Positions 40,288-47,073 of a stretch of DNA of 64,000 nt are shown here, piece by piece. Each line of letters opens with the position of its first letter. Position 1 is the first letter of the stretch. The notes under the pieces were generated by a model that saw only the letters and a program-made list of their open reading frames with translations, was not told the origin of the DNA and ran no database searches. Made by a program: the position numbers and the translations under genes. The DNA comes from a virus (Duplodnaviria > Caudoviricetes). The stretch is from positions 32,001 to 96,000 of the IMG/VR virus record IMGVR_UViG_3300031836_000002, one strand, 5' to 3'.

Positions 40288-40407
40288 AAGTGAGGGAGGC
40301 TCGCACCCGTCGATGCGAGCGTCACCCTCGTGCTCGTTTCACTGCCTCGATGAGCTTCGAGTGAGGGACCTTCTCCCTCAGGCAGTCGTGCCCGCAATTC
40401 TTCTTTG

Positions 40408-40481
40408 TGGATCCACAGGGACTCGAACCCTGAACCATGTGCTTGCAAAGCACGCGCTCTACCAGTTGGAGCTATAGACCC
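40408..40481 (-). tRNA. tRNA-Ala(TGC)
   Basis: cloverleaf, loop TTTGCAA, G3:U70. Confidence 0.9.
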
Positions 40482-40492
40482 TCGATCATGCG

Positions 40493-40566
40493 TAGCCTCA
40501 ACAGGATTTGAACCTGTGACTTCCTCCTTATCAGGGAGACGCTCTACCAGACTGAGCTATGAAGCT
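40493..40566 (-). tRNA. tRNA-Ile(GAT)
   Basis: cloverleaf, loop CTGATAA. Confidence 0.9.
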
Positions 40567-40594
40567 TTGTCGCGGATCCGCCGCGCCGGTATTG

Positions 40595-40666
40595 TCCCCT
40601 CGACTGGATTCGAACCAGTGGCCAAGAGATTAGAAGGCTCCTGCTCTTCCTCTGAGCTACGAAGGG
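40595..40666 (-). tRNA. tRNA-Arg(TCT)
   Basis: cloverleaf, loop CTTCTAA. Confidence 0.85.
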
Positions 40667-40669
40667 AAG

Positions 40670-40743
40670 TGGAGACGGAACCCGGAATCTAACCGGGGTA
40701 AGAAGCTTTGCAGGCCCCTGCCTAGACTCTCGGCCATTCCGCC
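40670..40743 (-). tRNA. tRNA-Cys(GCA)
   Basis: loop CTGCAAA, U73, encoded CCA, T-loop TTAGATT. Confidence 0.85.
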
Positions 40744-40753
40744 AAATTCTTGT

Positions 40754-41047
40754 TTAGGTCTCATCCTCTGGACGTTCCTCGAATGTGATAGCCACATCCT
40801 TTCCCAGCATAGAGTCGAACCAAGCGGCTGCTTCAGGGTTCCCTACGGTGAGTTTGACCTCTCCCGATGGGGTGGCGGATGACCACGCCTCGTTCTGAGG
40901 CCCTTTAGCTCCTGATACAGGAGACATGACTACTTCGATGCGGGGGGCTGGATTCGCCCAACCACTAGCGTGAGCCTGAGAGACCGATGCAGCGAAACGC
41001 TTGACTTCACGGACGTAGAAACGGGCGGTGACTTTGGATATGGACAT
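40754..41047 (-). CDS. hypothetical protein within tRNA array
   Basis: GAGGAGG RBS before MSISK. Confidence 0.75.
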   Translation of the reverse strand: MSISKVTARFYVREVKRFAASVSQAHASGWANPAPRIEVVMSPVSGAKGPQNEAWSSATPSGEVKLTVGNPEAAAWFDSMLGKDVAITFEERPEDET

Positions 41048-41149
41048 AGTTGCCTCCTCGGCAATAGTTGAATTGAACTTGAGGAGGTCTGCGAACCAGA
41101 TTTGAGCCTGCGTCCGAACCTGTGCCCAGTGTAGCTCATTTCTTCTTTG

Positions 41150-41221
41150 TAGGCCTTGAGGATTCTGCCACCTCGACCCTCCGCTTAAAAGGCGGATGCT
41201 CTGCTTCTGAGCTAAAGGCCC
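41150..41221 (-). tRNA. tRNA-Lys(TTT), atypical T-loop
   Basis: TCCGC-CTTTTAA-GCGGA; T-loop GGCAGAA. Confidence 0.8.
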
Positions 41222-41226
41222 TAGCG

Positions 41227-41298
41227 CTCCGGGGGCTGGGGTCGAACCAACGCCACCTGATTCCAAAGATCAGCGTGCTGCCATTACACCACCCCGGA
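41227..41298 (-). tRNA. tRNA-Gln(TTG)
   Basis: CTGAT-CTTTGGA-ATCAG. Confidence 0.9.
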
Positions 41299-41372
41299 TT
41301 GAAGAGTCCACTACCTGTTAGGCCGGTCTTGGATAGGGCTAGCCAGCCGTGTGCGCTGCCCGTGGACTCTAG

Positions 41373-41443
41373 CTCCCCACCAAGGATTCGAACCTCGACA
41401 AACTGGCTCAGAACCAGTTGTGCTGCCGTTACACCAGCGGGGA
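41373..41443 (-). tRNA. tRNA-Gln(CTG)
   Basis: ACTGG-TTCTGAG-CCAGT. Confidence 0.9.
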
Positions 41444-41516
41444 ATATAGCAAGACGTGAGTATTAGTACCGACCGTCTTCGCAGGGATGATTGATGTTTG
41501 TCCCCACGTCTTACCG

Positions 41517-41588
41517 TGCCCTTCGAGGGATTCGAACCCCCAACATACGGTTCCGAAGACCGGCGCTCTTCCGTTGAGCTAGAAAGGC
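41517..41588 (-). tRNA. tRNA-Arg(TCG)
   Basis: loop CTTCGGA. Confidence 0.9.
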
Positions 41589-41642
41589 AGACCCGGCGCT
41601 GATCCAACAGCACTCCTGAATCGAACAGTCCGTTCCGGGGTT

Positions 41643-41705
41643 GTTAGCGCTCTGCCATTGAGCTACCGATCAAATCGGCTGGGACTCGAACCCAGATACT
41701 CTAAC
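41643..41705 (-). ncRNA. circularly permuted tRNA-like RNA (T arm, closed acceptor stem, D arm)
   Basis: GTTAG-AGTAT-CTGGG TTCGAGT CCCAG-CCGAT TTG ATCGG-TA-GCTC AATGGCA GAGC-G-CTAAC. Confidence 0.8.
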
Positions 41706-41707
41706 CG

Positions 41708-41779
41708 TGCCCTTCGAGGGATTCGAACCCCCGGCCCTCTCATCCGTAGTGAGATGCTCTTCCGCTGAGCTAGAAAGGC
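41708..41779 (-). tRNA. tRNA-Arg(ACG)
   Basis: TCTCA-CTACGGA-TGAGA. Confidence 0.9.
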
Positions 41780-41861
41780 ATGTGATGTGCCCGCCAATTA
41801 CCTCAGGCACATCGTCGTCAATTTTTCCTCCACTCCGAGTAAAATTGAAAAACCCTCGTCG

Positions 41862-41929
41862 TAACGTTGGCTGGATTCGAACCAGCGACCACCTCATGAG
41901 GAAGCTCTGCCTACCTGAGCTACAACGTC
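41862..41929 (-). ncRNA. tRNA-like RNA lacking an anticodon loop
   Basis: intact acceptor, D and T arms; anticodon arm reduced to CCTC-AT-GAGG. Confidence 0.75.
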
Positions 41930-42028
41930 TATCCCGTGGGGCAATTACTCCCACTCGTCCAGCTTCTGAAGCCTTTGGATCCCCACGTCATGGCCATGCC
42001 GCGGTTCCTCTCCAGCTCCGTCTACTCG

Positions 42029-42100
42029 CTCCCCATCTTGGATTCGAACCAAGGACCAATCGGTTAACAGCCGAACGCTCTGCCTCTGAGCTAACAGGGA
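42029..42100 (-). tRNA. tRNA-Asn(GTT)
   Basis: loop CTGTTAA. Confidence 0.9.
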
Positions 42101-42339
42101 TTACGTGAGATGGAAGCTGTCCTGCGTACTCAGGACCTTAGTGCTTCGTCGTTTCACCTATGGGGAGTACGACATTCCCCACCGGTAGGACACCCACTTG
42201 CCCTTTGTCTTCTCCAGAGCTTCGAGACACTGAAGAGGTGATCCGGAGATTTACGCACTCCGACAGTGACCTCATTACAGAGGATCGCGTGCCAGCTTTT
42301 CATTTTTGAAAGGTCTTGAGGCTGGATCCGTTGACCTTG

Positions 42340-42411
42340 TGCTTCTCAGAGGACTCGAACCTCTGACCGGTGCCGTGTAAAGACATTGCTCTGCCGCTGA
42401 GCTAGAGAAGC
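42340..42411 (-). tRNA. tRNA-Val(TAC)
   Basis: loop TTTACAC. Confidence 0.9.
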
Positions 42412-42412
42412 A

Positions 42413-43348
42413 TTAGGCAGGAGAGAGTTTCTCCGCCGCCGCACGGTACCGATCTAGAATGTCTGTCTTCTGGATGTGGTCCCGTTGCGGGTAGAACGTG
42501 TAATGACTGACCAGCGCGTTCCCGGCGATGGCAGTAGGCCGGTTCAGTCGCGTTGGCATCTCGATGGAGTGCCACGCCTCATCGTCAGTGTGTTCGATGT
42601 AGCCGGGAGGAGTGCAGTGGTTGTGATACTCCTCGGAGAGGCTGGCGAAACAGCTCACGCTAAACTGCTGCCCTAGTGGGAGCTGCACGTCGTGATAAAG
42701 AAACAGCTTGCTGACTGTTCCGGCTTCCACATGGTCTAGGAGAAGGTTGTGCATCTTTTCCGCGAATGGTCCGTCTGCCCAGCCAATTGGGTCCATGCAG
42801 TACGGCTGCACTTCTCCCCACTCGCGGGGCACACAACCTTGCATCTGGAGGTACCACGTGGATATAGCGTTGTTCCAGATGATGGGGAAGGTCACGAAGG
42901 CTGAGCTGGAGAGCTTCGACTTCACCAAAGTAGCAAGGGCGTCCTCGTGGATGTAAACGATGTCGTCATCAAATCGGACGTAAACCGTGTTCGGCTCCAC
43001 ACAGTTCTCGAAGAAAACTCTTGTGTTGTACTGCTTCTTGTGGTTGAGATTCCGGGTGGCTGGCGCGTACTTCTGTGTGATCCAGTCATGCTCAGCTGCC
43101 AGCTTGTCGGCGTAGGAGACATCCGAGACCTGATCCGGGTCGGTGTTCATCCAAAGCTGCCACTCATCCAAGACTCCTCTTTCGTGGTCCCTTTGGAGGT
43201 AAGAGAAAAGGATGGATGCAGTCGCCACCCTGCCGTATGGTGTGCAAGCAACTACCCGGCTTTCCAGAACTGTCATGGGACCAACAGTAGCAAACTCTGG
43301 AATCTCATACCCGTGGTTTTGGAGGCCCTTTGCGCTGTCGGAGGGCAA
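42413..43348 (-). CDS. putative GT-A glycosyltransferase-like protein (start uncertain, possibly 43276)
   Basis: TPYGR N-terminus and YVRFDDDIV DxD motif. Confidence 0.6.
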   Translation of the reverse strand: MPSDSAKGLQNHGYEIPEFATVGPMTVLESRVVACTPYGRVATASILFSYLQRDHERGVLDEWQLWMNTDPDQVSDVSYADKLAAEHDWITQKYAPATRNLNHKKQYNTRVFFENCVEPNTVYVRFDDDIVYIHEDALATLVKSKLSSSAFVTFPIIWNNAISTWYLQMQGCVPREWGEVQPYCMDPIGWADGPFAEKMHNLLLDHVEAGTVSKLFLYHDVQLPLGQQFSVSCFASLSEEYHNHCTPPGYIEHTDDEAWHSIEMPTRLNRPTAIAGNALVSHYTFYPQRDHIQKTDILDRYRAAAEKLSPA

Positions 43349-43406
43349 GTCCGTCTCATTCCTGAGAGATCTCTCTTTTCCTGTTGGACTGTTCGAGATA
43401 ACATCG

Positions 43407-43481
43407 GGCCTCTGGAGGGATTCGAACCCCCGACCGTCGCTTTACAAGAGCGTTGCTCTGGCCAAACTGAGCTACAAAGGC
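43407..43481 (-). tRNA. tRNA-Thr(TGT)
   Basis: loop CTTGTAA. Confidence 0.9.
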
Positions 43482-43753
43482 ATGTGCTGAGGAGATCGTG
43501 AGATATCGTGCGCTCAGCTCGCTCTGGCCTTTCGGTATCCAGACCCATGCCACAGCGGGCGAAGGAAAGTCCACCCCCTGCAACTCCGACAAGTTGTTCG
43601 GTCAGGGGGCTTCACATCTGCGCTGCCTACGAGAGGCTGCGAGAAAAAGTGCACCGGATGCCCTTGCAAAGGCGCTCCTTCCGAGGGAGCCAGACGGACT
43701 CAAGTTGTTCGTGATGTCTGAGCCGAACGCTGGTGACTAACTGCGTCCTTCCG

Positions 43754-43824
43754 AGGAGTACGCGGGGATCGAACCCGCGATGTCTGTTTGGAAGACAGAC
43801 GTGTTACCGCTACACCAGTACTCC
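43754..43824 (-). tRNA. tRNA-Gly(TCC)
   Basis: TCTGT-CTTCCAA-ACAGA, U73. Confidence 0.9.
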
Positions 43825-43910
43825 GTGAGCGCATTTAGCGGGTGCGCCTGACCATCCCGAAGAGAGGATACAGCCTCTCAATCCCAGCTCCCTGTATGAG
43901 GCTGGATCTG

Positions 43911-43982
43911 TGGGCCTGCGTGGAGTCGAACCACGTTCTCTTGATTAAGAGTCGAGAGCATCACCACTAATGCTTCAAGCCC
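43911..43982 (-). tRNA. tRNA-Lys(CTT)
   Basis: loop CTCTTAA. Confidence 0.85.
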
Positions 43983-44317
43983 CGATATTTTGCTATGTTC
44001 TCCGGTAACTGCATCCTCTCGAATGTTCTAATTCGATGACAGGTACCACAAACTACGTCACATTTTGCAATCTCAGCCATGATCCGGTTTATGGACTTAC
44101 CCATGAGAGCTGCCACTGTAGTAGCGGGATCGCTATCACGGTTCACCCTGTGGTCAAACTCTAATCCGGCGTGATGGGCTGAGTACCTGCAATCCGCACA
44201 CCCCTGAGACACCTTGTACTCCCGAACCACCATGACGTTCTTTTGATACCGGCCTCGCATGTACGCTGCCATGTAATCTCGGTACTCTTGGGAGCTTTTA
44301 TCTCTGGGTCTACTCAT
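43967..44317 (-). CDS. HNH endonuclease
   Basis: CADC..LEFDH..EIAKCDVVCGTCHRIRT. Confidence 0.85.
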   Translation of the reverse strand: MSRPRDKSSQEYRDYMAAYMRGRYQKNVMVVREYKVSQGCADCRYSAHHAGLEFDHRVNRDSDPATTVAALMGKSINRIMAEIAKCDVVCGTCHRIRTFERMQLPENIAKYRGLKH

Positions 44318-44341
44318 GCAGTAAGAATACCTTATCTAACT

Positions 44342-44429
44342 TGGCGGAGAACTGAGGGCATGATCCCCTCACCTTGCGGTGCCAACCGATTAGCAATCGG
44401 TGCCGGTGCGCCTGCCCGGTAAGCTCTCC
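44342..44429 (-). tRNA. tRNA-Ser(GCT)
   Basis: ACCGA-TTGCTAA-TCGGT, long variable arm, G73-CCA. Confidence 0.85.
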
Positions 44430-44430
44430 A

Positions 44431-44523
44431 TGGCGGATGAAGTAGGTCTCGAACCCACACGGGTATTACCCCCAACTGTTTTCAAGACAGCGCCCGATAG
44501 GCCGAAGCTCGGGTTATTCATCC
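44431..44523 (-). tRNA. tRNA-Ser(TGA)
   Basis: loop CTTGAAA, long variable arm, G73-CCA. Confidence 0.85.
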
Positions 44524-44547
44524 TTGTGTTTTTCTCTGTGGAATTAG

Positions 44548-44576
44548 AAAAGCCCCAGACTGTTAGGTCTAGGGCC
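44548..44576 (-). terminator. attenuator terminator of tRNA operon 2
   Basis: GCCCTAGAC-CTAACA-GTCTGGGGC-TTTT. Confidence 0.8.
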
Positions 44577-44605
44577 GCATTAGCGAGATTCGAAAATCTG
44601 CTGAG

Positions 44606-44680
44606 TTAGGACAGCCCTGAAGTACTGCGATTGGCCACAATGGCCGATCCCATTACTTGCTTGGACTGGTTTTTTCTCAT
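44606..44680 (-). CDS. leader peptide MRKNQSKQVMGSAIVANRSTSGLS
   Basis: ATG 6 nt after -10 (leaderless); codons match downstream tRNAs. Confidence 0.8.
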   Translation of the reverse strand: MRKNQSKQVMGSAIVANRSTSGLS

Positions 44681-44686
44681 GCGTTG

Positions 44687-44716
44687 ACCCTACTACTACT
44701 TTCAATCGAGACGCAA
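44687..44716 (-). promoter_or_regulatory. sigma70-type promoter of tRNA operon 2
   Basis: TTGCGT-18-TAGGGT. Confidence 0.7.
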
Positions 44717-44741
44717 GTGCATCCCGAAATTCTTCTTTGAT

Positions 44742-44877
44742 TGGACGATGCAGACGATTCGAACGCCACTTCCAACACTCTAGGCTGGCGAGCTGCCGCT
44801 GATGCTCTCCGGGATACGAACGCGCGCTCGACATCCTCCGGTGCTGTCTTTGGTCTACCTGATTACTCCATACATCG
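44742..44877 (-). ncRNA. tRNA-like RNA with large insertion in place of anticodon loop
   Basis: CGATGTA/TGCATCG acceptor, T-CCA end, GGCG-TTCGAAT-CGTC T arm. Confidence 0.65.
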
Positions 44878-44879
44878 AG

Positions 44880-44964
44880 TGCTCATCCCCGGACTTGAAC
44901 CGGGACGAGGGTTACCCCTCACAGCCACCTCAAGGCTGCGTGTCTGCCATTTCACCAGACGAGC
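44880..44964 (-). tRNA. tRNA-Leu(GAG)
   Basis: CAGCC-TTGAGGT-GGCTG, long variable arm. Confidence 0.9.
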
Positions 44965-45034
44965 TTATGCTGGGGTAGGTGGTCCATTCCTACCCCTGAG
45001 GTGGCATGCCCTTGGAGGAGCACTGCCACCTTTG

Positions 45035-45108
45035 TGTCTCTCCTCGGATTCGAACCGAGAACCTTTGGATCCTAAATCCAACGCCTCTACCAGTTGGGCT
45101 AGAAAGAC
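45035..45108 (-). tRNA. tRNA-Leu(TAG), short variable loop
   Basis: TTGGA-TTTAGGA-TCCAA. Confidence 0.85.
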
Positions 45109-45112
45109 ATGT

Positions 45113-45256
45113 GGATTGATCGAGCTTCAGAAGGCCGGGAGGATTCGAACCTACACACCAGCGCGTTTCCCCTCGGGCTACCAAGGGTACTAAACGCCGC
45201 CTCTGCCACTTCAGCTTTTTAATAGTGCGAACCAACCTACGTCCGCTCGATCAATC
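45113..45256 (-). ncRNA. tRNA-like structured RNA in a 13-bp closing stem
   Basis: GGATTGATCGAGC/GCTCGATCAATCC, AGG-TTCGAAT-CCT. Confidence 0.6.
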
Positions 45257-45280
45257 CCGATGAGTAGCTATCTCATCTTG

Positions 45281-45353
45281 TGCCCACCGAGAGGATCGAA
45301 CTCTCAGCCTTCCCGGCTTCAACGGGACGCTCTTCCACATGAGCTTGGAGGGC
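45281..45353 (-). tRNA. tRNA-Phe(GAA)
   Basis: TCCCG-TTGAAGC-CGGGA. Confidence 0.9.
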
Positions 45354-45428
45354 ATATAGCACACCGACATGGAACGCCTCCTCTGACTCAGCGTATATAC
45401 CGGTGTGCTAGAACGTCAAAGACGTTCG

Positions 45429-45511
45429 TGACAGGAGAGGGATTTGAACCCCCACAGTCGAAGACCACTGGGTTACAACCAGCTACCCTGCGCCAATAGG
45501 TGAGTCCTGCC
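45429..45511 (-). tRNA. tRNA-Tyr(GTA)
   Basis: loop TTGTAAC, variable arm. Confidence 0.85.
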
Positions 45512-45563
45512 TTGGTGCGGACACTTACGCGGCCCGCTTACGACCATATTTGGATGGCTTCCG

Positions 45564-45635
45564 TAGCGCGCACGGGATTCGAACCCGCACCGTAGAACCT
45601 GAAAAGCTCCAGAACTGCCGTTATTCTAACGCGCC
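45564..45635 (-). tRNA. tRNA-Glu(TTC)
   Basis: loop TTTTCAG. Confidence 0.85.
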
Positions 45636-45703
45636 ATAGGTAGAGACCGCCAATAACGCGGCTGGAAGGCCTGACACCCTTCTCACTCACCCTCTACCTG
45701 CCG

Positions 45704-45777
45704 TGACCTGCACGGGACTTGAACCCGTAACCTCCAGCTTGAGAAGCTGATGCAACTGCCAATTGTGCTAGCAGGCC
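45704..45777 (-). tRNA. tRNA-Glu(CTC)
   Basis: loop TTCTCAA. Confidence 0.9.
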
Positions 45778-45916
45778 ATATTGGAAGTTTCTGTGGTGCA
45801 TCCTCGATGGGACCCTTGTGGGGGCTACCCCCTTCGCTGGTTTAGCGGCCAGCTACTCGGCACGTCCACTCCCTCAACTATTTTCTCCCATGCACTGGGA
45901 CTGGATAGCTCCATAG

Positions 45917-45989
45917 CGGCCCTAGTCGGATTTGAACCGGCAACCTTCGCGCAGACAACGCACTGCTCTACCAATTGAGCTATAGGGTC
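45917..45989 (-). tRNA. tRNA-Asp(GTC)
   Basis: loop TTGTCTG, G73. Confidence 0.8.
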
Positions 45990-46066
45990 AAAGCCAGTTT
46001 CTTCTTGCCATGGAGTCTGGCATCCACGCCGTCCTTTTCTGATTGTGCCTCAGCGGTATCGGAAGT

Positions 46067-46143
46067 TGGGGTGAACAACGGGGATCGAACCCGCGACATC
46101 CGGCTCCACAAGCCAGCGCTCTGCCTACTGAGCTATGCCCACC
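46067..46143 (-). tRNA. tRNA-His(GTG)
   Basis: loop TTGTGGA, G-1:C73, CCA. Confidence 0.9.
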
Positions 46144-46192
46144 ATGTGACAGGACCACAAGGATCCTGTCTGTTCTCATTTCTGAAAACTTG

Positions 46193-46266
46193 TACGGATA
46201 GCAGGATTCGAACCTGCGATCTCTTGGTCCCAAACCAAGCGCCTTACCAAGCTGGGCTATACCCGT
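46193..46266 (-). tRNA. tRNA-Pro(TGG)
   Basis: CTTGG-TTTGGGA-CCAAG. Confidence 0.9.
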
Positions 46267-46305
46267 ATGTTGTTGCATTCACTGTGTAATTATCAAGGTG
46301 CAATG

Positions 46306-46336
46306 AAAAAACCTCCTTGCCCGGTGGCTAGGAGGT
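46306..46336 (-). terminator. attenuator terminator of tRNA operon 1
   Basis: ACCTCCT-A-GCC-ACCG-GGC-A-AGGAGGT-TTTTT. Confidence 0.85.
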
Positions 46337-46362
46337 CTGCTGCGTTTGAGCGCGTGCTACCT

Positions 46363-46407
46363 CTAGCCGAAGTAATCTTCCGGCAGGAGGTGTGAGAACG
46401 TGTTCAT
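46363..46407 (-). CDS. leader peptide MNTFSHLLPEDYFG
   Basis: ATG 7 nt after -10 (leaderless); stop inside antiterminator strand. Confidence 0.8.
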   Translation of the reverse strand: MNTFSHLLPEDYFG

Positions 46408-46414
46408 GTAACAG

Positions 46415-46444
46415 ACCTTAGTTGCGTGAGCTGACGGTTGTCAA
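46415..46444 (-). promoter_or_regulatory. sigma70-type promoter of tRNA operon 1
   Basis: TTGACA-18-TAAGGT. Confidence 0.8.
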
Positions 46445-46462
46445 CTCCATTTTCAGGTTTCG

Positions 46463-46536
46463 TTGCGGAGGTGGGATTTGAACCCACGACCTCTAGGATA
46501 TGAGCCTAGCGAGCTGCCTAACTGCTCTACTCCGCG
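46463..46536 (-). tRNA. tRNA-fMet(CAT)
   Basis: C1:A72 mismatch, CGCGGAG start, loop CTCATAT. Confidence 0.85.
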
Positions 46537-46564
46537 TCGTACTATAAGGATTGCATGTGCAATC
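46537..46564 (-). promoter_or_regulatory. promoter/operator for tRNA-fMet
   Basis: TTGCACATGCAA palindrome next to TATAGT. Confidence 0.6.
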
Positions 46565-46571
46565 TAATTTG

Positions 46572-47042
46572 TCAAGAGTTGATGAGTTCGAGGTAGTCGA
46601 ACTTGGTTCCTAGGCAATCGTGGATCGTGACACCTAGGCCCTGAAGCTCGACTACGTTTCCGTTGTAGACGAATGCGTATTCCGGGATGGCTCCGACACC
46701 AAGGACGAAGCGGTTTCCCTCCTCAGTGAGCTTCCAGAAGCCTGCACGGCCTCCGTCTGGTCTCACGCTGTAGTTCTCTTCTTCGATCAGTCCCCACCAG
46801 CTGGCTTGGGAGATCTCGTGAGTGTCTCCGGGAAGCGAGGGGGTGTGCTGATAGTCCTCAGACCCTCCTGCGTGATGCAGCTGGATCAAGGCCTTGGCAA
46901 TGGTGGCATGTAGCTTGCGCCGGTACACCTTGGCGTTCTGTCCACAGCAAGGGCACTTGGCTCCTTCTGACACGTTAGTGAGGAGCCACTCCTTCGCCAT
47001 CAAGAGGGTGGTATGTGCCCCCGTAACCATTCTTTTCAGCAT
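46572..47042 (-). CDS. hypothetical protein (CPCC motif)
   Basis: AAGGA RBS, full ORF. Confidence 0.7.
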   Translation of the reverse strand: MLKRMVTGAHTTLLMAKEWLLTNVSEGAKCPCCGQNAKVYRRKLHATIAKALIQLHHAGGSEDYQHTPSLPGDTHEISQASWWGLIEEENYSVRPDGGRAGFWKLTEEGNRFVLGVGAIPEYAFVYNGNVVELQGLGVTIHDCLGTKFDYLELINS

Positions 47043-47073
47043 GCTGTTCCTTTTCGTTGACCTAACAAAATCG

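Noticed and set aside
41048-41266. N-terminal extension of the 40754..41266 ORF
   Set aside because: Runs through tRNA-Lys and tRNA-Gln; a strong RBS marks 41047
42281-43910. HDV-like (theta) ribozymes at tRNA 3' ends
   Set aside because: I could not fit the nested double-pseudoknot by hand; a motif search is needed to exclude it fully
44742-44877. tmRNA
   Set aside because: Too short, no G3:U70 alanine identity, no tag ORF
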